Shown here in pieces: positions 1 through 11,011 of a stretch of 64,000 nucleotides of DNA. The DNA is from Terriglobia bacterium. GTDB lineage: Bacteria; Acidobacteriota; Terriglobia; 20CM-2-55-15. The stretch spans positions 96,001 through 160,000 of the forward strand of contig CAXWPJ010000005.1 of the NCBI GenBank assembly GCA_963664115.2, in the 5' to 3' direction. A program made the translations under genes and the position numbers. Within the stretch, counting starts at the first letter, position 1, and each line of letters starts with the position of its first letter. The notes below the pieces were generated by a model, which did no database searches, was not told the origin of the DNA, and was given only the letters and a program-made list of their open reading frames with translations.

Positions 1-426
1 CCGGTCGAGGTTTCCGGAGTCCTCTCCCGCCTGGATAATGCTGACATACACGTCGTCAAACACCTCGGGGTGGCGTCCGAATGCGGCGGACATACTTGAA
101 CCTGCTTCGACACTCGCAAGCATGTCGCTGATGACGAGCTTCATCTTGACCTTGTCAGCGCCTTCCGCCAGATCCCAGAGCGTGGCTGTGAGTGAAATAC
201 CGACTGAGAGCATGGTTGCCATATCCGAGGTGAAATTCAGGACGTCTCGGGTCTTAATCCTTTCGAAGAGACGCCCGCTTTCCTCTTTCTTTTTTGCCGG
301 TCCGGCTTGGATCAGGAACAGATTCTGTGCGTCAAGCAGATCGGCGAGGATATCTTCGTCGTCGGCTTCCAGAACCCCTGTAACTGTTCGTCCGCCTTCA
401 TCTTTCGCTCTGTATTCAAATTCCAT
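1..426 (-). CDS. pilC: Type IV pilus/T2SS inner-membrane platform protein (PilC/GspF family), runs off the window edge
   Basis: Not in the ORF track. Manual translation from ATG 426: MEFEYRAKDEGGRTVTGVLEA...FTSDMATMLSVGISL...HPEVFDDVYVSIIQAGEDSGNLDR, typical T2SSF motifs. Lies 6 nt after the pilB stop. Confidence 0.9.
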   Translation of the reverse strand, partial: MEFEYRAKDEGGRTVTGVLEADDEDILADLLDAQNLFLIQAGPAKKKEESGRLFERIKTRDVLNFTSDMATMLSVGISLTATLWDLAEGADKVKMKLVISDMLASVEAGSSMSAAFGRHPEVFDDVYVSIIQAGEDSGNLDR

Positions 427-432
427 GTTCGT

Positions 433-2091
433 CTACACCGAGCGCGCTATTTCGTCGATCGTCGTAAGCCCTTTCCGGGCCTGCGCCAGTCCATCTTCCT
501 GCATGGTAATCATGCCCTCTTCTCTCGCCAGCTTGTGAACTTCGCTGGCGGCGGCCTGATCCATGATGGCCTTTCGGATATGTTCGTTCATCAGCATGAC
601 TTCCGAAACCGCTGTTCGGCCTCGATATCCGGTGTTTTCACAATTGCTGCATCCAGCGCCTTTGAAGAATTCGGCTTTTGGAGCGCTCATGCGCCGCAGG
701 AGTCGGGGATCGGGCTCTGTCGGTTCGCGGCAGAATTCACAGATCTGCCGGACCAGACGTTGGGCGATGATGCCGACCACTGAAGACGCCACCAGATAGG
801 GTTCCACTCCCATGTCCAGCAGTCGGGGAACCGTCGATGCGGCGTCGTTCGTATGCAGCGTGCTGAACACCAGCAAGCCGGTCAAAGCTGCCCGGATCGC
901 CGTGTCTACCGTCTCGTTGTCGCGCATCTCACCGACCAGCACGGTGTCGGGATCCTGCCTCAAGATTGCCCGGAGCCCGGCCGCGTACGTTAATCCCGCG
1001 CGGACGTTGATCTGCGATTGACGAATCAGAGGAAGCTCATATTCGACCGGGTCTTCCAGTGTAATGATTTTCCGTTCCGGTGTGCTAATTCTGAGCAGCG
1101 CCGCATAAAGTGTCGTCGTTTTTCCCGAACCCGTCGGACCCGTCACCAGAACGATCCCGTTGGGATGCTCGATTGCCTCAACCAGGCGCTCCAGGTTTGC
1201 TTCGGAAAAGCCGAGCTTTTCCAGGCCGATCGTCAGTTGTTCTTTGTTTAAGACGCGCAGAACGATGTTTTCACCAAAGATCGTGGGGAACGTGCCGATT
1301 CGAAGATCGATCGGCTTGCTATAGATTTCGATCGTGGCCTTACCGTCCTGAGGGAGGCGCGATTCGGAGATGTTGAGATTTCCCATGATCTTGATGCGGG
1401 AAAGGACTGCCCGTTCAAGTTTCTTGGGAATATAGGGGCCCTGGTGGAGTACGCCGTCCACTCGAAAACGGATGCGCATCATGTTTTTTTCGGGTTCGAA
1501 ATGTATGTCGGTCGCGCGCTTCCGAACGCCATCGATGATGATAGTGTCGATCAACTTGACGACAGGAGCGACCATAGCCAGATCTTCGCGGGTGTCACTT
1601 CCGGCAGCGTCAGCCTGGCTTGTGGCTTCCTTGATTAAATTTTCGATGTCTTCGGTTTCACGTCCGGCGCCGTAGTACTTGTCGATGGTCGTTAGGATGT
1701 CGAATTCGCTTGAAGACACAACTTTGACGAACTGTGCAGTCATCCGTCCGACGTCGTCGACCGCACCGACGTCGAGGGGATCAGCCATCGCGACGGTAAT
1801 CGATCCTTCATCGGACGAGACCGGGAACAACTTTTTGTCTCGCGCGTATTGCTCTGGAATCGATTCGATGATGGTGGGGTCGATGGATTGGAGGCGGAGA
1901 CTGATGTACTCGATTCCAGCGGCTTCGGCCAGGACGCGCGTCATTGCGTCCTCGGTGACCAGATTCAGGCGACGCATCACGACGCCGAGCCTGTCACCGC
2001 CGCGCGCCTGCTCGGCGAGTGCAAATTCGAGCTGGTCTTCGGAAATCAGACCGGCCCGAATCAACTGCTGTCCTGTTCTGTTGTCTGCCAT
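433..2091 (-). CDS. pilB: Type IV pilus/T2SS assembly ATPase (PilB/GspE) with N-terminal MshEN domain
   Basis: Walker A GPTGSGKTT, LRQDPD...GEMRD, His box STLHTN, tetracysteine CEFC...CSNC, N-terminal RxGxxLIxxGLI motif. Confidence 0.92.
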   Translation of the reverse strand: MADNRTGQQLIRAGLISEDQLEFALAEQARGGDRLGVVMRRLNLVTEDAMTRVLAEAAGIEYISLRLQSIDPTIIESIPEQYARDKKLFPVSSDEGSITVAMADPLDVGAVDDVGRMTAQFVKVVSSSEFDILTTIDKYYGAGRETEDIENLIKEATSQADAAGSDTREDLAMVAPVVKLIDTIIIDGVRKRATDIHFEPEKNMMRIRFRVDGVLHQGPYIPKKLERAVLSRIKIMGNLNISESRLPQDGKATIEIYSKPIDLRIGTFPTIFGENIVLRVLNKEQLTIGLEKLGFSEANLERLVEAIEHPNGIVLVTGPTGSGKTTTLYAALLRISTPERKIITLEDPVEYELPLIRQSQINVRAGLTYAAGLRAILRQDPDTVLVGEMRDNETVDTAIRAALTGLLVFSTLHTNDAASTVPRLLDMGVEPYLVASSVVGIIAQRLVRQICEFCREPTEPDPRLLRRMSAPKAEFFKGAGCSNCENTGYRGRTAVSEVMLMNEHIRKAIMDQAAASEVHKLAREEGMITMQEDGLAQARKGLTTIDEIARSV

Positions 2092-2790
2092 AATTCAAAA
2101 ACGAGATCCGACGTCTGACCACCACCCGCAGCAATGCGCATACCCCAGGCGGCACTTGACCGCACCGGGGCACTCGTCTCCAATCATTAGTTTACTGCAG
2201 CGCTAACACGCGCGGCCAGCAAACCAGATCGAAAACACAGCCACGACTGGTTAGGGAAACCGAGACTGAACGAGGTGTAAAACAGGCGGGCGCAAATCCC
2301 TTACAACTCAAACCACTATAGGTTTACAAGTCTAATGTTGTCAAGGGAATAACTTAAAAGGAGCTGGTCGCTGCGCGGCTCGGTCATGGGTCTGTGCGAG
2401 CGACGGCCTGAGTTGATGATCGTTCGAATCGTGGGCGATCTTCAGGTGAACTGCGTTTGGTCGACGTTCAGCCTTGCTCATCTACTTCTGAGCTCGTCAA
2501 TTTATAGTGTTGTCATGCTGGCGGATTTTTATTTTCTCAAGTTTCACATACGAATATGGGATTCGTCCGTCAAGTAATTGTAGGGCGTGAACCAAAGGCC
2601 TGACGCAGGGTTCGGATTTTTGACACTGGGTTTGGAGGTCGATTCGCTTAGTTCATCCCTAAGTAGCTCCACTATAAGGGATTGAGCTTGGGTCCGTCGG
2701 CAACGTTGGTCGCCCGAAACTGGCATTCGAACTGCTTGAACGACCATGGACGACGCGGGAGAGATCAACACAGGTGGTCTGGGAGGTCAC

Positions 2791-3216
2791 ATGATAGCCA
2801 TTGAGTTTCTGAGTGAATTTCGGAAAACGCAGGACGTTTTTAATTGGAAATATGTCGAAAACGGTCAGATCCGGGGTTTCCTGAAGTCAGGGGAGATCGC
2901 TGAGGCATTCGACCCGATTGCGGCGACGCTGTTCATCAATCGTCAGACCAACCACCAAGTATCCGATCCGGGCGAGGCTCTGGGACTCTCAGTGACGGAC
3001 AGCGAAGCGATCAACGATGCGGCAAACGGCAGCATTTGGAAATCCCTAGACGGCAAACTGGCGCTGGACGGTTTCGCCGCGTGGTTGAGAGATGAGATCG
3101 CTTTGGCTGTCGATCTGGAACCGTGTGAAGTCCCGCAGGCCACCCCGACCCAATTAACGGGAACTGCCGTTAATGCGGTGGAGTCGCTGCTCGAGCCGGA
3201 ACCGCAACACGTCTGA
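2791..3216 (+). CDS. Hypothetical protein
   Basis: ORF 2746-3216; GGAGG RBS favours ATG 2791; 37 nt upstream of the Clp-like ATPase. Confidence 0.65.
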   Translation: MIAIEFLSEFRKTQDVFNWKYVENGQIRGFLKSGEIAEAFDPIAATLFINRQTNHQVSDPGEALGLSVTDSEAINDAANGSIWKSLDGKLALDGFAAWLRDEIALAVDLEPCEVPQATPTQLTGTAVNAVESLLEPEPQHV

Positions 3217-3253
3217 GCGATTGCTCTATGCTTAATCCGTCAGTTGGGGTCAG

Positions 3254-4438
3254 ATGAATAGCGCAAGTAAACCTCAACCCGTGGTCCTCGATCCGGAGGC
3301 GCGCAGTCCTGAGCTCCTCGAGTTCGAGCAACGGCTTCGATCTCAGGTGATCGGCCAGGACCGCGCTGTACGTCGGATGGTAAACATGTACCAGGTCTTT
3401 CTAGCCGGGATGAACATGCCCGGTCGACCGGTCGGTACCATGTTGTTTCTTGGCCCCACAGGGTCGGGCAAGACCCGAGTCGTAGAAGCCGCTGCAGACA
3501 TCCTTTTCGGCAGCCCGCGCGCGTTCATAAAGATTGATTGTGCAGAGTTTCAGCACAGTCACGAGATAGCCAAGCTAATCGGATCTCCGCCGGGATACCT
3601 CGGACATCGGGAGACTCCACCGTTGCTGACTCAAGAGGCCCTCGATCAACACCATACGGATGAACTTAAGCTCAGTTTTGTCTTGTTTGATGAAATCGAG
3701 AAGGCAGACGATGCCCTCTGGCAGCTTTTGTTGGGCGTTCTCGACAAGGGGACGCTGACACTCGGTGACAATCGCCAGGTGGATTTTTCCAGTACACTGG
3801 TCTTGATGACGTCGAATCTGGGTGCGGCTGAGATGAGTGCCCTGATGGAAGGCGGAATTGGGTTCGCGAGTAACCCCGCCGAGCATGAGGATCTCACCCT
3901 GATCGACGAGAAGATTTACAGAACCGCGACTACGGTTGCCCGCAAGAAGTTCACTCCCGAGTTCATGAACAGGATCGATAAGGTTGTCGTGTTCCGGACT
4001 TTGACACAAGACCATCTCAAAGAGATTGTGGAGCTGGAACTGGATGACGTTCGAAGGCGAGTACTCGAATCACAGGCGGACAGGCAATTCATCCTTCACT
4101 GCTCTGACCGTGTTAAGAACTACTTCGTCGAGGAAGGGACGGATCTCCGATACGGCGCCCGACACCTCAAGAGAGTGATCGAACGTAATCTGGTGTTTCC
4201 GTTATCCAACTTGATTGCCACCGACCAGATTGAGTTGGGAGACGTTATCCGGGCGGATCTCGACGAAGAGACCCAGAGGCTCACGTTTGTCAGAGAACCG
4301 TCCGCCGCCTTTGTGGACACATTGGACCTTGCAAACAACCGGCCCTACAGTTTGATCGCTTCCGAACCGTCCGAGCTAACGGACGACACGGGTGCGCCCT
4401 CCCTGCCCTCCCCTCAGGGCATTCAGAACGTATGTTAG
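3254..4438 (+). CDS. Stand-alone ClpA/B/C D2-type AAA+ ATPase
   Basis: VIGQ, GPTGSGKT, LIGSPPGYLG pore loop, LFDEIEKA, MTSNLG, FTPEFMNRID, YGARHLKR; no N-domain or D1. Confidence 0.9.
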   Translation: MNSASKPQPVVLDPEARSPELLEFEQRLRSQVIGQDRAVRRMVNMYQVFLAGMNMPGRPVGTMLFLGPTGSGKTRVVEAAADILFGSPRAFIKIDCAEFQHSHEIAKLIGSPPGYLGHRETPPLLTQEALDQHHTDELKLSFVLFDEIEKADDALWQLLLGVLDKGTLTLGDNRQVDFSSTLVLMTSNLGAAEMSALMEGGIGFASNPAEHEDLTLIDEKIYRTATTVARKKFTPEFMNRIDKVVVFRTLTQDHLKEIVELELDDVRRRVLESQADRQFILHCSDRVKNYFVEEGTDLRYGARHLKRVIERNLVFPLSNLIATDQIELGDVIRADLDEETQRLTFVREPSAAFVDTLDLANNRPYSLIASEPSELTDDTGAPSLPSPQGIQNVC

Positions 4439-4773
4439 TCGGCCTCAATTAGTTAGACCGAGGTCACAGAGCGACGAGGACCTCCAGAATCGCTAATGCT
4501 GGAGGGCGCTTCTACCGATCTAGAGGTATGAGCCGGGTCGTACAGTTTCGTCTTCAGAGAGATGCCGCCGAAGAGTCCTCAGACCAAGGCCTTGTGGAGA
4601 ACGGAGATGACCGGACAGCCGCAGACATGGATTCCCCCGATGGGATCGAATTCGAGTGTCGATCTGGGCTGGACCCTTCTGAATGGGGCGTTCCCCGTGC
4701 CTTCTTCGTCGTTGCCGCCCCTGTCGAGAGAACCGTCGATTCCAACACTGCCTCCTAGTTGCGCCCGGGGGAC

Positions 4774-7452
4774 CTAGGCGTCCAGGACTTCGCGCATCCT
4801 GCCAGTCAAGGTTTCCTGACTGAAGGGTTTCTGGAGATAGTCCATTTCCGTGTCGGGGAGCCCGTGCCGGGCGATGAACTCACCCGGGTAGCCAGACATG
4901 TAGAGCACTTTCAGCGTGGGAACGAGGGCCCTCAGACGCTTTGCGAGCTCGGGGCCGCTCAGTTCCGGCATGATCACGTCCGTAAGCAGGAGGTCGATCG
5001 TTTCGGAGTCATCTTCTGCCATGCGGATTGCATCGCCTACATCGGATGCCTCAATAACCTTGTATCCGCTGGCTTCCAGAAATCGACGTGTCAGTCGCCG
5101 GACAGCCGGTTCATCCTCGACGATGAGCACGGTTTCCTTGCCCCGTCGGGGTGCATCGACGACGTAATCTTTTACCGGGACCTCTCTCCTTGATGCGCGA
5201 ATTGGCAGGTAGATTCGGAACGTTGTCCCTTTGCCCGGCTCACTATCTACACTGATATGACCGTCGCTCTGTTTGACGATGCCATATACGGTCGCGAGCC
5301 CCAATCCCGTGCCGCTACCGCGCGGTTTGGTTGTGAAGAAGGGTTCGAAGATTTGAGACAGCGTATCCGCATCCATCCCCTGACCTTCGTCCTTTACCGT
5401 AAGTAGCGCATAGCTTCCTTCTTTCGGGGCGGTGGGTTGGTGAGCCTCATCGTGATCGATGTGGACGTTTTCGGTTCGAATCGTGAGGCTGCCGCCGTCG
5501 GGCATGGCGTCAGCTGCGTTGATGACCAGGTTCGTAATGACCTGTTCGATGCGACTTCGGTCTCCTTCAATCTGTCCGAGCGTTGGACTGAGCGACGGTT
5601 CCAACTCGACATGCTCTCCGATCAACCTTCGAAGCATCTTCTCCAATTCGTCCACGATCAAATTTAAGTCGAGCGGCAGGGGATTCGGTATCTCATGACG
5701 ACTGAATGTCAGCAGCTGCATGGTGAGGCGGCTGGCCCGTTGGACGGCGCTGAATACTTCTTCGGTCATTTCCCGCTCTTCACTACCCTCAGGAAGAGCC
5801 GACTGTAGCAGGGCCGTGTAGCCTTGAATTGCGGTTAACAGGTTGTTGAAATCGTGGGCTATGCCACCCGCGAGTCGGCCGACCGTTTCCATCTTTTGCG
5901 ATTGACGGAGCTGCTGTTCAAGAGCCCGCCGCTCGCTGATGTCCCGCATAAAACTCTGATACACCTGTTGGCCGCCGTAACTGATCAGGCGAGTGTTGGC
6001 CTCCAAAGGAATGCGTTTACCGTCGCGTGTTTGGCCATCGATTTCGTACAAGCTGCTGTTGCCGGTGCGCGACTGGGTCAGTGCGCTTTCCACCCGGTCC
6101 CACTGATCGGAGGGATGGAGGTCACGGACCACCATCTTGCGCAGTTCGTTGGAAGAATATCCAAGGAGTTGCTCCGCTTTCTCGTTCACATCCCGAACGC
6201 GGCCGGTTTCCGGGTCGAAGAGAACAACGGCGTCACTGGCGTACTCGAACAAGCTCCTGTATTGCTCCTCAGAACGTTGAAGCGCTTCCTGTGCGAACTT
6301 GCGTTCCGAGATATCGGTGATAGTTCCGATCATGCGAACAGGCTCTCTCTTTGAGTTCCTCTCTGTTACACGCCCTCTCACGACCACCCATTTCCACTTT
6401 CCGAGTTCTGTTCGGATGCGGTATTCGGACTCGAACGCAGGCGTGTGACCTTCCAGGTGTAGTTGGAGTAGACGTTGGCGTGCGTCGTCGTCATCGGGGT
6501 GGATTCGAGATTTCCACATCGCGGTGTGGCCCGAGCGAGCATCGTCCCTGCGTGTTGTTTCTTCGAAGATTTCGGAAACACGCGCGCTGAAGACGATGTC
6601 GTCCGTTTTGAGATCCCAGTCCCAGAGGCCGTCCGATGCGGCTTCCAATGCGTATCGCAGGCGTTCTTCGCTCCGGCGCAGGACACCGACACTCCTCTGG
6701 CGTTCCGATGTCAGCCAGACTTGGCAGTGAATAAGTGAGCCATCGCCTCCCGACGGCATGGCCAGCAGTAGTGTCCCGCCAAAGAATCTTTCGTCCTGTC
6801 TTTTCATTCGCAGTTCGAATTGTTTCCTTTCCCCGTTGCTGAGGGCCGCGACTATTTCTTGACCCGGAAACTGCGGAGCCTTGCGAGCGAAAAAGAACGA
6901 AATGTGCCGTCCGACGGTACCTCGTTCGCTTGTACCGAAAATGTCTTCAGCGCTTGCGCTCCATCCGACAATCTCGCCTTTCAGGTCGCATTGGAAAAAC
7001 GCCACCGGTGGCCGGATCTCTTTATTTGCTGTCGAATTCTTGCTGCCTGATCCGGCGCCGGATTCGACAACGAATATGGCCGCAGCCTGACCGACACTTA
7101 GGCGCCGGGCACGAATCAAAGTCTGCTCCCGAAGGGAACCACTGGCCTCGGCCCGCAAGCGACACTCTCCGTGCTGACCCGATAAAACCCTATCCAGGGA
7201 GATGGCGAATGGCTTGGCCTCTTCGGCGTCGACGTCCCAGTTGTTCGCAGAGATGATTCGGTCTGTTGCGGTTCTTATGTTGTCCACTCGTATCGAAGGG
7301 TTGCTCTCCCAACTCTCGTTTACCAGGAGGACCTTCCCTTCCGAGTCGACCACCGCGATCGGGCTCTCAAGGGCATCGATAGTGGCGCGAACGAGAGCCA
7401 GCGAACCGGCCCAGCGATCGGGATCATTCATAGCCTGGGTGCCGTTCTTCAT
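4774..7452 (-). CDS. PAS/PAC hybrid sensor histidine kinase with C-terminal receiver
   Basis: Multiple PAS (DGLWDWD, IHPDD), H-box GIAHDFNNLL, G boxes FEPFFTTK/GTGLGL, receiver LLLTDVIMP...LQKPF. Confidence 0.93.
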   Translation of the reverse strand: MKNGTQAMNDPDRWAGSLALVRATIDALESPIAVVDSEGKVLLVNESWESNPSIRVDNIRTATDRIISANNWDVDAEEAKPFAISLDRVLSGQHGECRLRAEASGSLREQTLIRARRLSVGQAAAIFVVESGAGSGSKNSTANKEIRPPVAFFQCDLKGEIVGWSASAEDIFGTSERGTVGRHISFFFARKAPQFPGQEIVAALSNGERKQFELRMKRQDERFFGGTLLLAMPSGGDGSLIHCQVWLTSERQRSVGVLRRSEERLRYALEAASDGLWDWDLKTDDIVFSARVSEIFEETTRRDDARSGHTAMWKSRIHPDDDDARQRLLQLHLEGHTPAFESEYRIRTELGKWKWVVVRGRVTERNSKREPVRMIGTITDISERKFAQEALQRSEEQYRSLFEYASDAVVLFDPETGRVRDVNEKAEQLLGYSSNELRKMVVRDLHPSDQWDRVESALTQSRTGNSSLYEIDGQTRDGKRIPLEANTRLISYGGQQVYQSFMRDISERRALEQQLRQSQKMETVGRLAGGIAHDFNNLLTAIQGYTALLQSALPEGSEEREMTEEVFSAVQRASRLTMQLLTFSRHEIPNPLPLDLNLIVDELEKMLRRLIGEHVELEPSLSPTLGQIEGDRSRIEQVITNLVINAADAMPDGGSLTIRTENVHIDHDEAHQPTAPKEGSYALLTVKDEGQGMDADTLSQIFEPFFTTKPRGSGTGLGLATVYGIVKQSDGHISVDSEPGKGTTFRIYLPIRASRREVPVKDYVVDAPRRGKETVLIVEDEPAVRRLTRRFLEASGYKVIEASDVGDAIRMAEDDSETIDLLLTDVIMPELSGPELAKRLRALVPTLKVLYMSGYPGEFIARHGLPDTEMDYLQKPFSQETLTGRMREVLDA

Positions 7453-7482
7453 ATCTGTCTGAAAAGAATCTGTCTGAAAAGA
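7453..7482. repeat. 15-bp perfect tandem duplication ATCTGTCTGAAAAGA x2
   Basis: Read directly, immediately upstream of the kinase start. Confidence 0.9.
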
Positions 7483-7650
7483 ATTCCGGTTCCGCTAGTC
7501 AGACCGAAATCGAGGAGCCGCACTGAAGCGGTCTGCAAAATTTGCGCGGACTGGCATGCTAATGGACAAAATTTCCATATTCAAGTAGGAAATACAGTTA
7601 TCCAGCAGCCGGATTTCGGATATGTGATACAGGATGGGTTGATGCGTTGG

Positions 7651-9390
7651 CTAAGATCGTTTCTTAGCTTTCTCAATTCTGGCCCAAGTGTCTCGCAGCG
7701 TAACGGTTCGATTGAAGACGAGCGAACCCGGCACTGAATCGGTGTCCACGGCGAAATAACCCAGACGTTCAAACTGAAATCGATCTCCGGGTCTTGCCTT
7801 AGCTAGCGTGGGCTCTAGCTTGCACGTATTCACTACCGTGAACGACTCTGGATTGATACAGGCCGTAATATTTGCGTCCTCTCCCTCTTCAGGGTCTTCC
7901 TTCGTAAACAGCCGGTCATAGAGACGCACTTCGGCTGCTATTGCGTATGAGGCGGAAACCCAATGGAGGGTTGCTTTTACCCGACGGCCGTCAGGAGTGG
8001 TTCCCCCCCGTGTTAAGGGGTCGTAAGTGCAATGGAGTTCTATGATCTTGCCGTCGGGATCTTTGATTACATCGGCGCATGTGATCAAGTAACCGTAGCG
8101 GAGACGGACTTCGCGCCCCGGAGCCAAGCGGAAGAACTTCCGAGGCGGATCTTCCATGAAATCTTCGCGTTCGATGTAGAGGACTTTTGAGAATGGAACC
8201 TTCCGTGTCCCCATACTTTCATCTTCAGGATTGTTGATGGCGTCGAGTTCCTCGACCTGATCCTCGGGATAGTTGTCGATCACCACTCGTACCGGATTCA
8301 GGACTGCCATCACACGGGGCGATCGGTGATTGAGATCTTCCCGGATCGCGTGTTCCAGTTGAGCCAAATTGATGGTGTTGTCGCGCTTGGCTACACCGAT
8401 CCGTCCCCAGAAGTTGCGAATGGCTTCAGGCGTGTAACCGCGCCGACGCATTCCGCTGATCGTCGGCATGCGCGGATCGTCCCACCCATCGACGTGACCT
8501 TCTTCGACGAGCCGCAGGAGCTTACGTTTGCTCGTGACTGTATAGCTGAGGTTTCCCCGCGCGAACTCGATCTGCTGGGGGTGGCAATCGAGTTTCAGTT
8601 GGTTCAGAAACCAGTCATACAGGGGTCGGTGGTCTTCAAATTCCAGCGTACAAAGGGAATGGGTGATGCCTTCCATCGAATCCGACAGGCAGTGAGTGAA
8701 GTCGTACATCGGATAAATGCACCACTCCCCGCCGGCTCTGAAGTGCGCCGCATGCCGGATTCGGTATATCGTCGGGTCCCGCATGTTGAGGTTCCCCGAT
8801 GCCATATCGATTTTCGCCCGCAATACGTGCTCACCGTCGGTGAACGTGCCCTCCCGCATGCGGCGAAAGAGGTCAAGGTTCTCTTCTACAGATCGATCGC
8901 GATAAGGACTGTTCTTTCCGGCTTCGGTCAGCGTTCCCCTGTATTCCCGTGTTTGCTCTGGGCTCAAGCTACAAACGTAGGCTTTGTCCTTCTTGATGAG
9001 CTCGACCGCAAAGTCGTAGAGTTGTTCAAAGTAGTCCGATGCGTAGTAGAGACGGTCTTCCCAGTCGAATCCCAACCAGCGGACGTCACGCTGAATCGCC
9101 TCCTCGTACTCCGACTCTTCCCTGGTCGGATTCGTGTCATCGAAGCGGAGATTGCACAAGCCCTCATATTCGGCCGCGACACCGAAGTTCAGGCAGATGG
9201 CCTTGGCATGGCCGATGTGTAGATAGCCGTTGGGCTCAGGCGGAAAACGGGTGTGAACCTTACCTCCATTCTTCCCGTCTTGGAGGTCTTGAGCGATTCG
9301 CGATCGAATGAAATCGACGGGGGTCGTCGAGTTGGATGTTTCCCGAGAATGGTCTTTATTAGACGGCTCGTCGTTGTCCGGCGTGCGCAT
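7651..9390 (-). CDS. glnS: Glutamine--tRNA ligase
   Basis: [17 protein letters not shown] (HIGH), [22 protein letters not shown]. Confidence 0.97.
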   Translation of the reverse strand: MRTPDNDEPSNKDHSRETSNSTTPVDFIRSRIAQDLQDGKNGGKVHTRFPPEPNGYLHIGHAKAICLNFGVAAEYEGLCNLRFDDTNPTREESEYEEAIQRDVRWLGFDWEDRLYYASDYFEQLYDFAVELIKKDKAYVCSLSPEQTREYRGTLTEAGKNSPYRDRSVEENLDLFRRMREGTFTDGEHVLRAKIDMASGNLNMRDPTIYRIRHAAHFRAGGEWCIYPMYDFTHCLSDSMEGITHSLCTLEFEDHRPLYDWFLNQLKLDCHPQQIEFARGNLSYTVTSKRKLLRLVEEGHVDGWDDPRMPTISGMRRRGYTPEAIRNFWGRIGVAKRDNTINLAQLEHAIREDLNHRSPRVMAVLNPVRVVIDNYPEDQVEELDAINNPEDESMGTRKVPFSKVLYIEREDFMEDPPRKFFRLAPGREVRLRYGYLITCADVIKDPDGKIIELHCTYDPLTRGGTTPDGRRVKATLHWVSASYAIAAEVRLYDRLFTKEDPEEGEDANITACINPESFTVVNTCKLEPTLAKARPGDRFQFERLGYFAVDTDSVPGSLVFNRTVTLRDTWARIEKAKKRS

Positions 9391-9450
9391 GATTTTGCTA
9401 TCTCACTGGCGATTCTAGCATGCGGCCAACCGGGAAGGCGCCAGGACGCG

Positions 9451-10725
9451 TCAGTCCGTATTCCGGAGGATGCCCTTGAGCACGCTGAGGTCACCGTCGA
9501 TCTCTTCGGGGATCCCCAGCCCAAGAAGTTCCATGATGAGAGGGTAAATGTGCACGTTCTCAAAACTCGGGATCTCGGTTTCCTCGATGAGTGCCGGACC
9601 TCTTGCATAAAAGATGCCCTGCATTTCGGGGAATCGACGCGGGTCGTAGCCATGCGCGGCCGCGGATAAATCTCCCGTCATTTGTCTCAAGCGAATAGCG
9701 TAGGGAGCCTGAGCCTCGACAACTAGATCCCCGACCCGTTCATGAGTGAAATGCCAGTAATCCGGAGTGTCTTCCCTCCGGTAAACCCGGAAATTGTCTT
9801 CCTGATTTTTCAGATCGGAATAAAGCTTGGTGCCCCGCTCTGCATCATCGATGTAGAGGAAGCTATGGGCACCCGAACCGATGATACGCACGCCGCTTAA
9901 ATCGACGAGGTCATCCAGGTACACGATTTTCTCCGGATCGAGATCGACCATGCCATGATCGGAAACGACAAAAACGTTGAGGTCGATATCAAGAGTTTCG
10001 ATGCGATCGAATAGCGAACCGAGCTGACTGTCGAGGCGTTCGATCGCTCCCTGCAGTTCGGACGAGGTCGTTCCCGATGCGTGGCCCGCGGAGTCGATTG
10101 CGGAAAAGTAGAGTGTGATCAGGTGCGGCCGGTATTCACTCGGGTATGAAAGCCACTCCAGAACCGATTCGATGCGTTCCCCGTGTGGCACCGAGCCGTC
10201 ATAGCGGTGGTAGTAGGTGGGCCGTACGCCTTGGACGTCGGCTTCCGAGCCGACCCAAAAGTAGCTTGCCGCGACCATTCCCTGTTGTTCCGCTGCCACC
10301 CAGAGCGGAGTGCCGCCATACCAGGAACCGTCTTCGACGGTTTCGATGTTCCCCAGGCTGTACCTCTCCCCCCGTGCGCGGTCGAAGAAGTCGTTGGCGA
10401 CGATTCCGTGCCTGCCCGGATACATTCCGGTCGCGATTCCATAGTGATTGGGAAACGTTTCCGATGGATATCCCGGGATGAGACTTTCGGCCCGGACGCC
10501 CTCTTCGGCGAGACGCCTGAGGTTCGGCACGTTGTACATGTCGGTGTAGTCGTGGCGATACCCGTCGAGGGAAATCAGTAGAACGTAGGGCTTGTCCCTT
10601 TGCTCGGGTTCGTTGGCTCTTTGATAAGTTGCTTCCGGTTGCGAGGCCGCAACAGGGGTCCGTTCACAGCCCGATGTCAGCCAGGCGATTCCGAGGGCCA
10701 GTGTGATTCTGAGGGTTTTCTTCAT
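9451..10725 (-). CDS. Nucleotide pyrophosphatase/phosphodiesterase family lipoprotein
   Basis: LISLDGYR, PSETFPNH, SDHGM, AHGYD; signal MKKTLR...TSGC supports start 10725. Confidence 0.9.
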   Translation of the reverse strand: MKKTLRITLALGIAWLTSGCERTPVAASQPEATYQRANEPEQRDKPYVLLISLDGYRHDYTDMYNVPNLRRLAEEGVRAESLIPGYPSETFPNHYGIATGMYPGRHGIVANDFFDRARGERYSLGNIETVEDGSWYGGTPLWVAAEQQGMVAASYFWVGSEADVQGVRPTYYHRYDGSVPHGERIESVLEWLSYPSEYRPHLITLYFSAIDSAGHASGTTSSELQGAIERLDSQLGSLFDRIETLDIDLNVFVVSDHGMVDLDPEKIVYLDDLVDLSGVRIIGSGAHSFLYIDDAERGTKLYSDLKNQEDNFRVYRREDTPDYWHFTHERVGDLVVEAQAPYAIRLRQMTGDLSAAAHGYDPRRFPEMQGIFYARGPALIEETEIPSFENVHIYPLIMELLGLGIPEEIDGDLSVLKGILRNTD

Positions 10726-11011
10726 CCCGGTGCCCAACGGCACGGTATATGAATGCTTTCGTGGGGTCAAATGACAGTGAATTTGGGTAGTGGGCTTTTT
10801 TGAACACTGCAGGACAGCTCATACGGCCATCCATGGCCGAACGACCTCTACCCCCTGTAATCATCAAGATGACGGGGCGGATACGGACTGGGGACGTTGA
10901 AGCGCATTGATAATATCCGCGCCGGTCCCCCGATGCGGGCGGACAATCTGCGGAGCCCGCGCGTCAGTTTCAAAAAATGATCGGATTCTGGATACTGCTG
11001 TCGAAAAGTCT

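Noticed and set aside
2240-2310. c-di-GMP-I riboswitch-like words (GGGAAACC...GGGCGCAAA) near pilB
   Set aside because: Wrong strand for pilB, and I could not build the P1/P2 stems.
4528-4758. 76-aa ORF after the Clp ATPase
   Set aside because: No recognisable motif and only a weak RBS; unsupported.
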